A stretch of DNA of 64,000 bases from an uncultured delta proteobacterium (GTDB lineage Bacteria > Myxococcota_A > Polyangia > Fen-1088). A program made the translations under genes and the position numbers. Below are positions 36,648 through 45,071 of the stretch, piece after piece; the first letter of the stretch is position 1, and every line of letters starts with the position of its first letter. The stretch lies in assembly GCA_963849735.1 (NCBI GenBank), contig CAWKJE010000033.1:1239-65238 (forward strand), in the 5' to 3' direction. The notes under the pieces were generated by a model. It did not search any database, had not been told where the DNA came from, and saw only the letters and a list, made by a program, of their open reading frames with translations.

Positions 36648-38750
36648 ATGCGGATGATAGCGAGAATCTTCATCCTGGGGCTCATCACCGCTGTTGCCTG
36701 TTCATACGACGCCAGCCAGTTGGCCGGACCGCCCGCAAGCGGCCTCGACGGCTCTTGGGTTCCGGGAGATGGCGGTCAAAGCGGAATTGGTGGTGAAGGT
36801 GGACTTCCTGTGGTCGATGGTGCGATTGTCATGAGGGATGGTAGCGGAGGCGCTGGAGCGACGGGTATGGGTGGCACAACTAGCGCAGTCGATGCGCCAA
36901 GGACGGGCGAGACGACGAGCACGGGCGACGCGACCGGCACGGACGGAACAGTGGCAGCCGGAGACGCGTCTGGCGCACCTTACAACCCACAATCCTGCGG
37001 CGACGGGGTTGTCAACTTGGGAAAGCAATGCGACACTGGCAATAACGCGCCCAACAAGCCGGACGACGGGTGCTCTCCCACCTGTCAGATCGAGCCGGGC
37101 TGGAGCTGCACGGGCCAACCCAGCGTTTGCACCAAGGCAGTGTGTGGCAACGGTATCGTGGAGGAAGGCGAATCGTGCGACTGCGGAACCGATCCCAAGA
37201 ATCTGCCGAGCGGCTGCGAGGGAGTGAACGGCCTGTTCTACGGCGATGGTAAGGGGTGCTCGAAAACCTGTACCAAGGAGCCGAGCTGCCTGGATAGCAG
37301 CGGGAAGACTCAGGCGTGCTCGACCACCTGCGGCGACGGCAACATCGACCCAGGCGAGCAGTGTGACGACGGAAATCAGGTCGGCGGTGACGGTTGCTCC
37401 TCGACATGCCAGATCGAGGCCGGATGGACCTGCACGGTGCAAACCAAGCAGGATTCGAGCACCTGCCAGTCAGGGTCAGGGCAGTGCCTCGAGCTGCCCG
37501 TCATCTACCGCGACTTTCAGTCGGAGAACATCGCTAACGGCGGTCATCCGGACTTCCCGTTCTACGGCACCCGGTACAATGGGTCGAAGGCCCCAACCAC
37601 CATCTGTGTTCCCAACTCCGGCGGCCCGAGCAAAGGCAATGACTCGACGGCGCGTTGCTGGGGCATCGCGGCAGGCAATCTGCTCAACGGTAAACCGCAA
37701 CCCGGGCCAACCACCACCTGCGCCTGCCAGTTCAGCGACTGGAATATCGGCAACAGCAGCCACATAACCGGAGGGTACACCCAGGCCAACAACGACAGTC
37801 CGCTGTCTGACGGCAACGGCGGCTATCAGGGCATGACGGCGGGCGCGAGCGTGAGCACCATCAGTACGATGGGGGCCTATGCCGGCACCATCACCGGTTA
37901 CACTGCGAGCAGCCCCGGCGGCCCGATATTCAAGGGTACGGTGCCTGCGTACAAGAACGCGGCGAGCTTCAACCAATGGTTCAACGACGATCCCACCGTG
38001 AACCAGAAGTTCGTAACCGTATTGGAGCTTCAATCGATTGGCACCAACGTCTACCAGTTTGCCAGCACATCACACCTGGCCCAGGGGGGCTTCTTCCCCT
38101 TGAACACTCTCAACAAGAGCCAGGACATCCAGTGCATGCTCTGGCCGTACTGGGATCGCTACAACGGAACACCCATCTGGACCACCTGTCAGGGCGACCA
38201 GTATCTGTACCCGCCTCGCGTGGTTCAAAGCGATTGCCCGAACCAGAATCCGCTCAGTAACGGGTGCTGGGTCGACAACGTGACAGGCGCGATGAATGAC
38301 AACTACTTCACCTACGAAGCTCACTACTACTTCATCTATAACGGGACCACGGGCCTTAGCCTGCAGTTCTACGGGGACGACGACCTCTTCGCCTTCATCA
38401 ACGGGGTATTGGTCCTCGACCTCGGGATGACGCACCAGCAGCTACCGGGAAGCGTGACTGTTACCGGAAGCCCGGGCGATGCCCAGGTCACCGAGGGTGG
38501 ATGTCTTGACGCGGCAGGGAATATCACCGGGGTGACGGTGGGCTCGAACGCGTGCTCACCCACCAACTCGACGCCTCCCACGGCAACGACCCCTGATGAT
38601 TTTCGGGTCCATCCCGTCAGTCTTGGGTTGGTCACCGGAAGTACCTACGAGATCGCCATCTTTGGGGCTAATCGGGAGGCCGGTGAATCGGAGCTTGAGA
38701 TTACCCTAAACGGCTACACGACCCAGAAATCGATCTGCACTCCGAACTGA
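36648..38750 (+). CDS. Cys-rich-repeat (DUF4215-type) + fibro-slime domain secreted protein
   Basis: Three 'CGDG/CGNG...(E/Q)CDxG...C' repeats, then 'LPVIYRDF...HPDFPF' and 'FYGDDDLFAFINGVLVLDLG', typical of the fibro-slime/PA14-like domain. It starts 2 nt after the previous stop. Confidence 0.8.
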   Translation: MRMIARIFILGLITAVACSYDASQLAGPPASGLDGSWVPGDGGQSGIGGEGGLPVVDGAIVMRDGSGGAGATGMGGTTSAVDAPRTGETTSTGDATGTDGTVAAGDASGAPYNPQSCGDGVVNLGKQCDTGNNAPNKPDDGCSPTCQIEPGWSCTGQPSVCTKAVCGNGIVEEGESCDCGTDPKNLPSGCEGVNGLFYGDGKGCSKTCTKEPSCLDSSGKTQACSTTCGDGNIDPGEQCDDGNQVGGDGCSSTCQIEAGWTCTVQTKQDSSTCQSGSGQCLELPVIYRDFQSENIANGGHPDFPFYGTRYNGSKAPTTICVPNSGGPSKGNDSTARCWGIAAGNLLNGKPQPGPTTTCACQFSDWNIGNSSHITGGYTQANNDSPLSDGNGGYQGMTAGASVSTISTMGAYAGTITGYTASSPGGPIFKGTVPAYKNAASFNQWFNDDPTVNQKFVTVLELQSIGTNVYQFASTSHLAQGGFFPLNTLNKSQDIQCMLWPYWDRYNGTPIWTTCQGDQYLYPPRVVQSDCPNQNPLSNGCWVDNVTGAMNDNYFTYEAHYYFIYNGTTGLSLQFYGDDDLFAFINGVLVLDLGMTHQQLPGSVTVTGSPGDAQVTEGGCLDAAGNITGVTVGSNACSPTNSTPPTATTPDDFRVHPVSLGLVTGSTYEIAIFGANREAGESELEITLNGYTTQKSICTPN

Positions 38751-39355
38751 ATCCCATGAAGGAGATCCTCCGCGAGACTCTCTGGTTGCCCGCAAATTGG
38801 CCGGTAGTGGTAGGGACCCGCGACCCAACTCAAGGGCCAAGAATAGCAACCTCGCGGGCGTGCTCTTCTTTGTCGAAGGTCGCTGTGTCGCACTGCTCGG
38901 CTGGCCGTGATCGCCTCCGGCGACACCGCCACTTCTTCGTTGGCGCGCGCCATGCGAGCGACAGGGGCGTTCCGGCCTTACCCATGTCAAACCGTCAACC
39001 GCGACGCAACGGAGAGCCGAGGAGCTAGACGGCGCAATCGTGTCTCTCCACGTGCTCTCCCCATCCACCCCTCCAACGACTTTCCGCCCTCGGCCATGGG
39101 TTTCCTAGGGTCTGCGGGTCCCAACCTTTGGCCGCTCTGGGCCCGCCTGCCTCGTCCGGGGCTTGCGTGACAAGCTTCAGGCCGAGGTCGAGCCTGCTCC
39201 CGAGGCGGGCCGTCGCGGGCACGGGCGTGGCCTCACGCATGTCGACGCGCCAAATTATGGACAGCACGTCCATGAATCTATGCGTCAGCGGGCGCGGGTT
39301 ACCGTGGCAAGAACAGGTCCAATCATAGCGGCTTCAATGTCTCTGTGTGTCAGAC

Positions 39356-39463
39356 AGCCAGGCCACCCCAGAAAATTTCTAGCCGCTGACATACCCACCC
39401 CCCGGCACGCTCGACACCGGTTCATAGCCACCGGCGGTTTCTGCAGGGATATAGCTAACTCGG
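39356..39463. repeat. copy 2 of ~107-bp intergenic repeat
   Basis: See 26383-26489. It lies directly 3' of the XRE gene stop (39482). Confidence 0.6.
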
Positions 39464-39481
39464 CTAGCGGGACCGAGGGTG

Positions 39482-39781
39482 CTACGACGACTTGACCTTC
39501 TTCTCGTCGCCCATGCTCCGCCGCTTCGGTCGCCCAGGCCCAGCTTGTTGCGTGCGCGGGTTGCGAAACAGCTCTGTCACGGGGACACCGAATACGCTGG
39601 CGACCTTGACCAGGGACCTGATGGTCAGGTTCTCCCCGCCGCTCTCGATGCGCTGGAGGTACTTGAGCGTGAAGCCAAGGCGCTCTGCCTGCTGCTCCTG
39701 GGTGAGCCTGGCCTTGGCACGTAGCTCTGCCACCCGTCGTCCGACGTTCTTGACCGTGTCGTCGATGTCGTGAGAGCGCAC
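39482..39781 (-). CDS. XRE-family helix-turn-helix transcriptional regulator
   Basis: 'VGRRVAELRAKARLTQEQQAERLGFTLKYLQRIESGGENLTIRSLVKVASVFGV' is a canonical HTH_3/XRE pattern. Confidence 0.8.
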   Translation of the reverse strand: MRSHDIDDTVKNVGRRVAELRAKARLTQEQQAERLGFTLKYLQRIESGGENLTIRSLVKVASVFGVPVTELFRNPRTQQAGPGRPKRRSMGDEKKVKSS

Positions 39782-39893
39782 ACATCGGACGCTGCGACCA
39801 GAGACTCTTGCTTAACACCCACTCTTATGTTGGCATTTAGATCGGCCGAGGATCTGAGGCGGCCACCCGAACCCAATAACCTGGAGGACCACC

Positions 39894-40877
39894 ATGGGTA
39901 GACAGCAGCTGGGTCACGGCACGAAAGTTCTGGCGAAGGCCGAGGAGCTCGTAGAACGCTTCAAGCAGGAACTTAACCTCGGATCGAAGCGGGGGTTCAG
40001 CTTTCTCCTTGTGGGACGAACTGGTGTCGGCAAATCGAGCACGGTCAACTCGCTGATGGGCCAGGATGTAGCGCCGACGGACGCATATCAGCCAATGACT
40101 TCCACGGTCCAGCCCTATCCCCACACGATCAACGGCGTCAAGTTCACGCTGGTGGATACGCCAGGGCTCTGCGACGAACTAGAAGAACAAGGCAAGGACA
40201 AGGAGTACCTGGACCTTATCCAGGCCTCGGTGAATGCCATCGATTCCTTGTGGTACGTCACCCGTCTCGATGATGCCAGGGTCAGCTCCGACGAAAAGCG
40301 CGGTATCAAGATCCTATCCGAGGCCCTCGGAGAAGGAATCTGGAAGCATGCTGTTCTTATCTTCACTTTCGCAGGTAAGGTCGAACCTGAGCGCTACCAC
40401 GAGGCGCTCCGTCGGCGTTCGGAGCTTCTAAGGCAAGAGATTGCTAAATATGCGCCAAAGGAGGCGACGAGCATCCCGTCCGTCGCTGTTGACAATACTA
40501 CCGATACGACCCCGGACGGCGAGGAGTGGCTGGGAGAACTATACACGAAGGTCTTTTCTCGGATCTCCAAAGCAGGAGCCGCGCCATTCTTCCTCGCACT
40601 TGCGAAAGACCTCATGCCCGTTCGTGGCAAAACACCGCTGCTTGCTCCTTCGTCTGCGAGCAGCGATGGGGGAGGAAGGCAACAAGCCACTCCTGAGCCA
40701 CGAATCAAGTTGAACCGGGAGCAGGAAGATGAGGTGAAGCGGACTATCGACGCGAAGATCATTCCAGGGCTGGCGGCGACTGGAGCCACCATCGGAGCGT
40801 ACTTCGGACCTGTCGGTGCGGCGATAGGGGGTGCCGTTGGTGCGGCGCTTGGCCTTGTGGCGTGGCTTTGGGACTAG
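39894..40877 (+). CDS. AIG1/Toc34/GIMAP-like (paraseptin-type) GTPase with C-terminal glycine-zipper membrane segment
   Basis: GGAGGA lies 7 nt upstream of the ATG. G1 'GRTGVGKSS'; G3 'LVDTPGL'; 'VLIFTFAGK' in place of NKxD, as in the AIG1/Toc clade. C-terminal 'GLAATGATIGAYFGPVGAAIGGAVGAALGLVAWLW'. Confidence 0.7.
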   Translation: MGRQQLGHGTKVLAKAEELVERFKQELNLGSKRGFSFLLVGRTGVGKSSTVNSLMGQDVAPTDAYQPMTSTVQPYPHTINGVKFTLVDTPGLCDELEEQGKDKEYLDLIQASVNAIDSLWYVTRLDDARVSSDEKRGIKILSEALGEGIWKHAVLIFTFAGKVEPERYHEALRRRSELLRQEIAKYAPKEATSIPSVAVDNTTDTTPDGEEWLGELYTKVFSRISKAGAAPFFLALAKDLMPVRGKTPLLAPSSASSDGGGRQQATPEPRIKLNREQEDEVKRTIDAKIIPGLAATGATIGAYFGPVGAAIGGAVGAALGLVAWLWD

Positions 40878-40891
40878 CTACGCGCCGCGGG

Positions 40892-41467
40892 ATGAAACGA
40901 TTCCTTCTCTTGGGGAGAACCGGGGTTGGGAAGTCCAGTCTGGTCAATTCGACATTTGGCGGCAATCCAGCCAAGACTGATGCCTACGACGCCTGCACCA
41001 AGATTGTCGAGTATTTCGCGCAGGGTACGTCATGGGGCAACATCACACTGATTGATACTCCAGGCATGGCCGAATCGGACCGCAATCGGGCATACCTTAG
41101 AATGATAAAACGCCAGGTCGATCTCGCATCGGTGGACGCCGCCATTTATGTGACCCGTCTCAACGAGACCAGGTTCTATCCGTCAGAGAAGGAGACCATT
41201 GCCAAAATCTGCAATGTCCTTGGTACTGACGTCTGGGTGCGATCAATACTGGTTATGACCTTCGCTGCTAGCGTGGACAATGCGGAGAGGCCCAAGAGGG
41301 TCGACCGCCGATGGTCGGACGTGCACGACTACGTAAAGCAGCAACTCCCCTACGGTTGGTGTGGCTTCGACAAGGTTCTCGTCGTTGACAACGTCGTCAC
41401 TGGTTGGCAACCTGGTCTCGAGTCCATTGCCAAGGTGCTTTCAGCGCGTGTCGGGCAGAGACGGTAG
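40892..41467 (+). CDS. AIG1/Toc34/GIMAP-like GTPase paralog (no membrane segment)
   Basis: G1 'GRTGVGKSS', G3 'LIDTPGM', and 'ILVMTFAAS' at the G4 position. It starts 14 nt after the previous stop. Confidence 0.7.
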   Translation: MKRFLLLGRTGVGKSSLVNSTFGGNPAKTDAYDACTKIVEYFAQGTSWGNITLIDTPGMAESDRNRAYLRMIKRQVDLASVDAAIYVTRLNETRFYPSEKETIAKICNVLGTDVWVRSILVMTFAASVDNAERPKRVDRRWSDVHDYVKQQLPYGWCGFDKVLVVDNVVTGWQPGLESIAKVLSARVGQRR

Positions 41468-41599
41468 CTACTAGCCGGTTCAGGCTGCGCCCACCTCCCG
41501 CAATTTGCTGCGCACCGCAAAACCCACCCTAAAGTGGGTATAAGGATCTAGCAGGGAAATCTTTGCGGGTGGCCCTGTCCCGTCGCTGGCCACCCGTTC

Positions 41600-42094
41600 T
41601 TGACGGGATACGTGTGCCTCGACGGTCCACATCCCGCGAGAAAGGCATTGCTATGTCCATTTCCCGACCATTACGAACGCACACGCATCGACGGCAAAGA
41701 ACATCCCGCCGATGCGGTCATCGACAAGTTGCCCGCCGTTGTTCGTGCCCGGCGCCGCGTGCTGGGGCTGTTCGAAAAGATGCTCCCATCGACCAAGGAC
41801 CAGAGGGCTCTCCGGGCCTACGCGGATGCTCATGGCCAGTACCAAACGTTGCGGGAGGGTTTGTTCTACGATGCCGGCTACGAGCATGGGTTGATTCGTG
41901 CCCGTCAAGACCATCTGGGGAGGAGGACAGGTAAAGATTCAGCGGCTCATGATCTCCTGAGGGAAATCAGCCAGCTCGTCTTGTCCGCCGGGTTACCTCA
42001 GAACCGCGTGGTGATGCTGTTGCTCGAAGCTGCGTGGGCGCTGGTTCCCGGCATCTCCCAGCGGGAAAGCAAGCTCTCCCGACACCATCGATGA
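41600..42094 (+). CDS. hypothetical protein
   Basis: 164-aa ORF with a non-ATG start in the track and a helical-looking sequence. No motif recognised; the start is uncertain. Confidence 0.3.
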   Translation: MTGYVCLDGPHPARKALLCPFPDHYERTRIDGKEHPADAVIDKLPAVVRARRRVLGLFEKMLPSTKDQRALRAYADAHGQYQTLREGLFYDAGYEHGLIRARQDHLGRRTGKDSAAHDLLREISQLVLSAGLPQNRVVMLLLEAAWALVPGISQRESKLSRHHR

Positions 42095-42151
42095 GATTGC
42101 TCGTATAGCGCGACTGCGAGAATCGGTTAAGCGCGAGACTGGCCGCCATGC

Positions 42152-42604
42152 CTAGATCCCGCATCCCCAGATGGAAGTGGTTATGCCCGTGGTGCAGGAG
42201 CAGGTCTGGGGGCCGCCAGGGTAGTACGGGTCCTGGGTGGGCACGTAGACTACACAACCGAGTGGGTAGCGGAGGGACTTGTCTACTCCGCCGCCATGCC
42301 AGTCGAAGATGGAGATGTCCGGAGCAGCGCAACCGCCGTCGTCTCCGGGTGGCAGGGGTGCACAGTTAATGCACGGTTCACATGGCAATGGGAGGCTGTA
42401 GCTACAGCTGTTCGCGCCGGCATCGAATGCTTCGTTGATGCAATTGCCGCCTATGGCGTTGTTAGCGCTGCCCCCAACGCCGCCTGAACCTGTCTCACTA
42501 AAGCCGCCCGCTGCTCTGGCATCGCCAGGCGAAACGCCACTGCGCAAGCTGGTTTGCTCGCAGGAGAGCACGGCAAGAAGTCCGAGTACGGTCACTGCAC
42601 GCAT
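42152..42604 (-). CDS. small Cys-rich secreted lipoprotein
   Basis: An internal ATG at 42604 gives 'MRAVTVLGLLAVLSCEQ' (lipobox). The mature part has many Cys. The longer ORF to 42958 overlaps the neighbouring gene's start region. Confidence 0.5.
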   Translation of the reverse strand: MRAVTVLGLLAVLSCEQTSLRSGVSPGDARAAGGFSETGSGGVGGSANNAIGGNCINEAFDAGANSCSYSLPLPCEPCINCAPLPPGDDGGCAAPDISIFDWHGGGVDKSLRYPLGCVVYVPTQDPYYPGGPQTCSCTTGITTSIWGCGI

Positions 42605-42972
42605 GAAGGAATCCCCGTGTTCGAAAGAGCCTGCAAGCAGCGGTCCGGGGCGAAGGCCGAGAAGCGCCGGTCCTTGTACCACGATCCTGTCGGCATCGAC
42701 AACTATGTTGGCGGGTAAACCAATCCAGAGGCAGCTCCAGGTCCAAGGGGACTTGGCTGCAAGAACGCTGGGAGGCGCTGAGCCTCCCTTGCTGGAGACC
42801 TGGGATGTGGTGGTGGGCCTTTCTCTCCGCCGGCTGTAAGCGAGCCCCTGCACACGCAAGAGGGCTCCCAGGCTCGCCACTGGGATAGGCGAGTCACCGC
42901 CACCAAACGCGATGGTCATGACCTGCCCGACGTGTGCCTCGTTTTCACGAAAACCCAATCGAAAGGAAATCC

Positions 42973-43860
42973 ATGCAGAACCAACTCGATCTCATCCGAC
43001 GTAACACGAACCATGGTGGTCAGCCCCTCGGAGATCTGCTCTGGTGGGAGCTTGCCAGCGCTTCTGTCTCCCGCCCCGATTTGACCAAGCTCTGGGTCCA
43101 GGGCGGCTTGCCAATAGAGCTTCTCCCCGACGAGCCGACCGCCGAGAAGGCCTTCAAGACGGCCGCACGTGAAACGCAGGTTGGCCATCCCGACCGGCTG
43201 CTCCGCCTCGCCATGGAGAACGAGCAAGAAACGGTCTTTGGCATCGTCCACGAGCAACGTGATGGCAGCGGTGGCTTGCAATACCACCAGGAGGCCCGCA
43301 TCACGCTCGATCACAGCAGCGACAGCGTCCAATCCGACCAGCCCGGTGACATCATGGTCCAGAAGCTGATGGCTCGCTTCGAAGAGCTGAAGACGCTGCA
43401 CACGACCGACGACATCCGCCGGACCATCACCAAGACGCTCGACTCGTTTGCAGCCGTGACGTTACGACAAATGGGTGGCGTGTACTGGGTACCTGCTCCG
43501 TATGCGTCTTCTCTCCGCCGCTTGCAGACCGTCATAGAGCAGCTGGGCAAATCCAAGATGCATCTCGTTCCGATCACAGCCACCAAAGAAGGCCAGGCAG
43601 CGCTGGCACAGGCGGCCAAGGCCAACATCGAGGAGGAGCTGGCGGCATTGCAGACAGAGATGCAGCAGTTCTTGCAGACGCCACCCGACCGGGCGTCAAC
43701 GCTCATGCGCAGGCTTGAGCACTTCGATGACCTGCGCCGCAGGGCGAGCCTGTACCAGACGGTCTTGCAAGCTCAGGTCGAGGGCCTGGCGGAGAACCTG
43801 ACAGCAATGGAGCAGCAGGTGCGCAGCCTGCTCGACGAGAAAAGGGCCAAGGCGGCCTAG
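42973..43860 (+). CDS. hypothetical protein, upstream partner of the MoxR/VWA pair
   Basis: The ATG at 42973 is preceded by AAGGAA. 295 aa. Central 'LRQMGGVYWVPAPY' and a C-terminal coiled coil. No catalytic motif recognised. Confidence 0.55.
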   Translation: MQNQLDLIRRNTNHGGQPLGDLLWWELASASVSRPDLTKLWVQGGLPIELLPDEPTAEKAFKTAARETQVGHPDRLLRLAMENEQETVFGIVHEQRDGSGGLQYHQEARITLDHSSDSVQSDQPGDIMVQKLMARFEELKTLHTTDDIRRTITKTLDSFAAVTLRQMGGVYWVPAPYASSLRRLQTVIEQLGKSKMHLVPITATKEGQAALAQAAKANIEEELAALQTEMQQFLQTPPDRASTLMRRLEHFDDLRRRASLYQTVLQAQVEGLAENLTAMEQQVRSLLDEKRAKAA

Positions 43861-43934
43861 GAAACACACACAGCAACCCTGATGGGGCAGTCCTGGCAAC
43901 GGGGCTGCCCCTTCGCATTTCCAAGGAGATCTAC

Positions 43935-45071
43935 ATGAACCAGAACATCACGACCCTACGCAACGAACTGAACAGCATCTTCATTGAACGCGGCACCGTC
44001 ATCGATGGCTGCCTGGCTTCTGTCCTGGCTGGCGAGCACGTCCTGCTCCTTGGCCCACCCGGCACCGGGAAGAGTGCATTGGCCCGTGCCATCGCACAGG
44101 CATTCGGTGCCAGGTACTTCGAGACCTTGCTCAACCGATTCACCGTTCCCGAAGAGCTCTTCGGGCCGGTGAGCTTGAAAGCCCTGGAGCAGGACCAGTT
44201 TGTCCGCCTGACCGCAGGCAAGTTGCCCGAGGTCGAGGTGGCATTTGTAGACGAAATCTTCAAGGCCAGCTCGGCGATCTTGAACACGCTGCTGACCATC
44301 GCCAACGAGCGCGTGTTTCACAACGGTGGCGTGCCCGTCGCCTGTCCCCTGGTGACGTTGTTCGCCGCATCGAACGAGCTGCCCGAAGGCCAGGAACTCG
44401 AGGCTTTGTTCGACCGGTTCATGGTCCGTTTCAGCCTCGGCTACATGGTCCGTGAGGCATCGTTCAGGACCGTCGTGACCGGTGATGAACCTGCCATCAC
44501 GACCAGGCTCGACATGGCTGCGCTCGGTCAAGCCCAGTGGGCATCCCAGCAAGTCAAGGTCCCCGACGCCACCTACGACGCCACGATCGCCATTCGTGAC
44601 GCCTGCAGGACCGATGGCATCATTGCCAGTGACCGCCGCTGGAAGAAGCTCATCAAGCTCATCAAGGCCACGGCGTATCTCGCAGGTGAGAAGACAGCAG
44701 CGCCCGAGGACCTGCACATCCTGGCCGACGCGCTCTGGCGTGACCCAAAGGACCGTCCCAAGGTCGCACGCATCGTCGGCCGCATTGCCGACCCGACCAG
44801 TGCCCAGGCACAGGAGATTCTCGATGCTGCCCGGGAGCTGACGGGCAAGGTCGCAGGGCTCAAGAGCGGGGATAGGAAAATCTATCTCACCGAGGCCGCC
44901 AATGCGCTCGGGCAGTTCCAGGCCCAGAACCAAAAACTCGCCACCTTGGCCAAGAGTGCTGGTCGCAGGGCCAAGACGGTCATTGCCGACGTCAGCGCAG
45001 AGATCACCGCTCTGCATGGCGAGCTGGCCAGGACCGTCAGCGCAGGGCTGGGCCTTGGGGGCACGCGATGA
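43935..45071 (+). CDS. MoxR/RavA-like AAA+ ATPase
   Basis: AAGGAG RBS. Walker A 'LLGPPGTGKSALARAI'; 'FETLLNRFTVPEELFGP'; Walker B 'VAFVDEIFKASSAILNTLLTIANER'. These closely follow the RavA/MoxR pattern. Confidence 0.85.
   Translation: MNQNITTLRNELNSIFIERGTVIDGCLASVLAGEHVLLLGPPGTGKSALARAIAQAFGARYFETLLNRFTVPEELFGPVSLKALEQDQFVRLTAGKLPEVEVAFVDEIFKASSAILNTLLTIANERVFHNGGVPVACPLVTLFAASNELPEGQELEALFDRFMVRFSLGYMVREASFRTVVTGDEPAITTRLDMAALGQAQWASQQVKVPDATYDATIAIRDACRTDGIIASDRRWKKLIKLIKATAYLAGEKTAAPEDLHILADALWRDPKDRPKVARIVGRIADPTSAQAQEILDAARELTGKVAGLKSGDRKIYLTEAANALGQFQAQNQKLATLAKSAGRRAKTVIADVSAEITALHGELARTVSAGLGLGGTR

Noticed and set aside
39285-39818. 177-aa minus-strand ORF overlapping the XRE gene in another frame
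   Set aside because: The XRE frame has a canonical HTH. This ORF is Arg/Ala/Gly/Pro-rich and runs through the intergenic repeat.
43956-45017. 353-aa ORF antisense to the MoxR-like ATPase
   Set aside because: Same reasoning. The sense strand carries Walker A/B motifs and a good RBS, and the antisense product is low-complexity.
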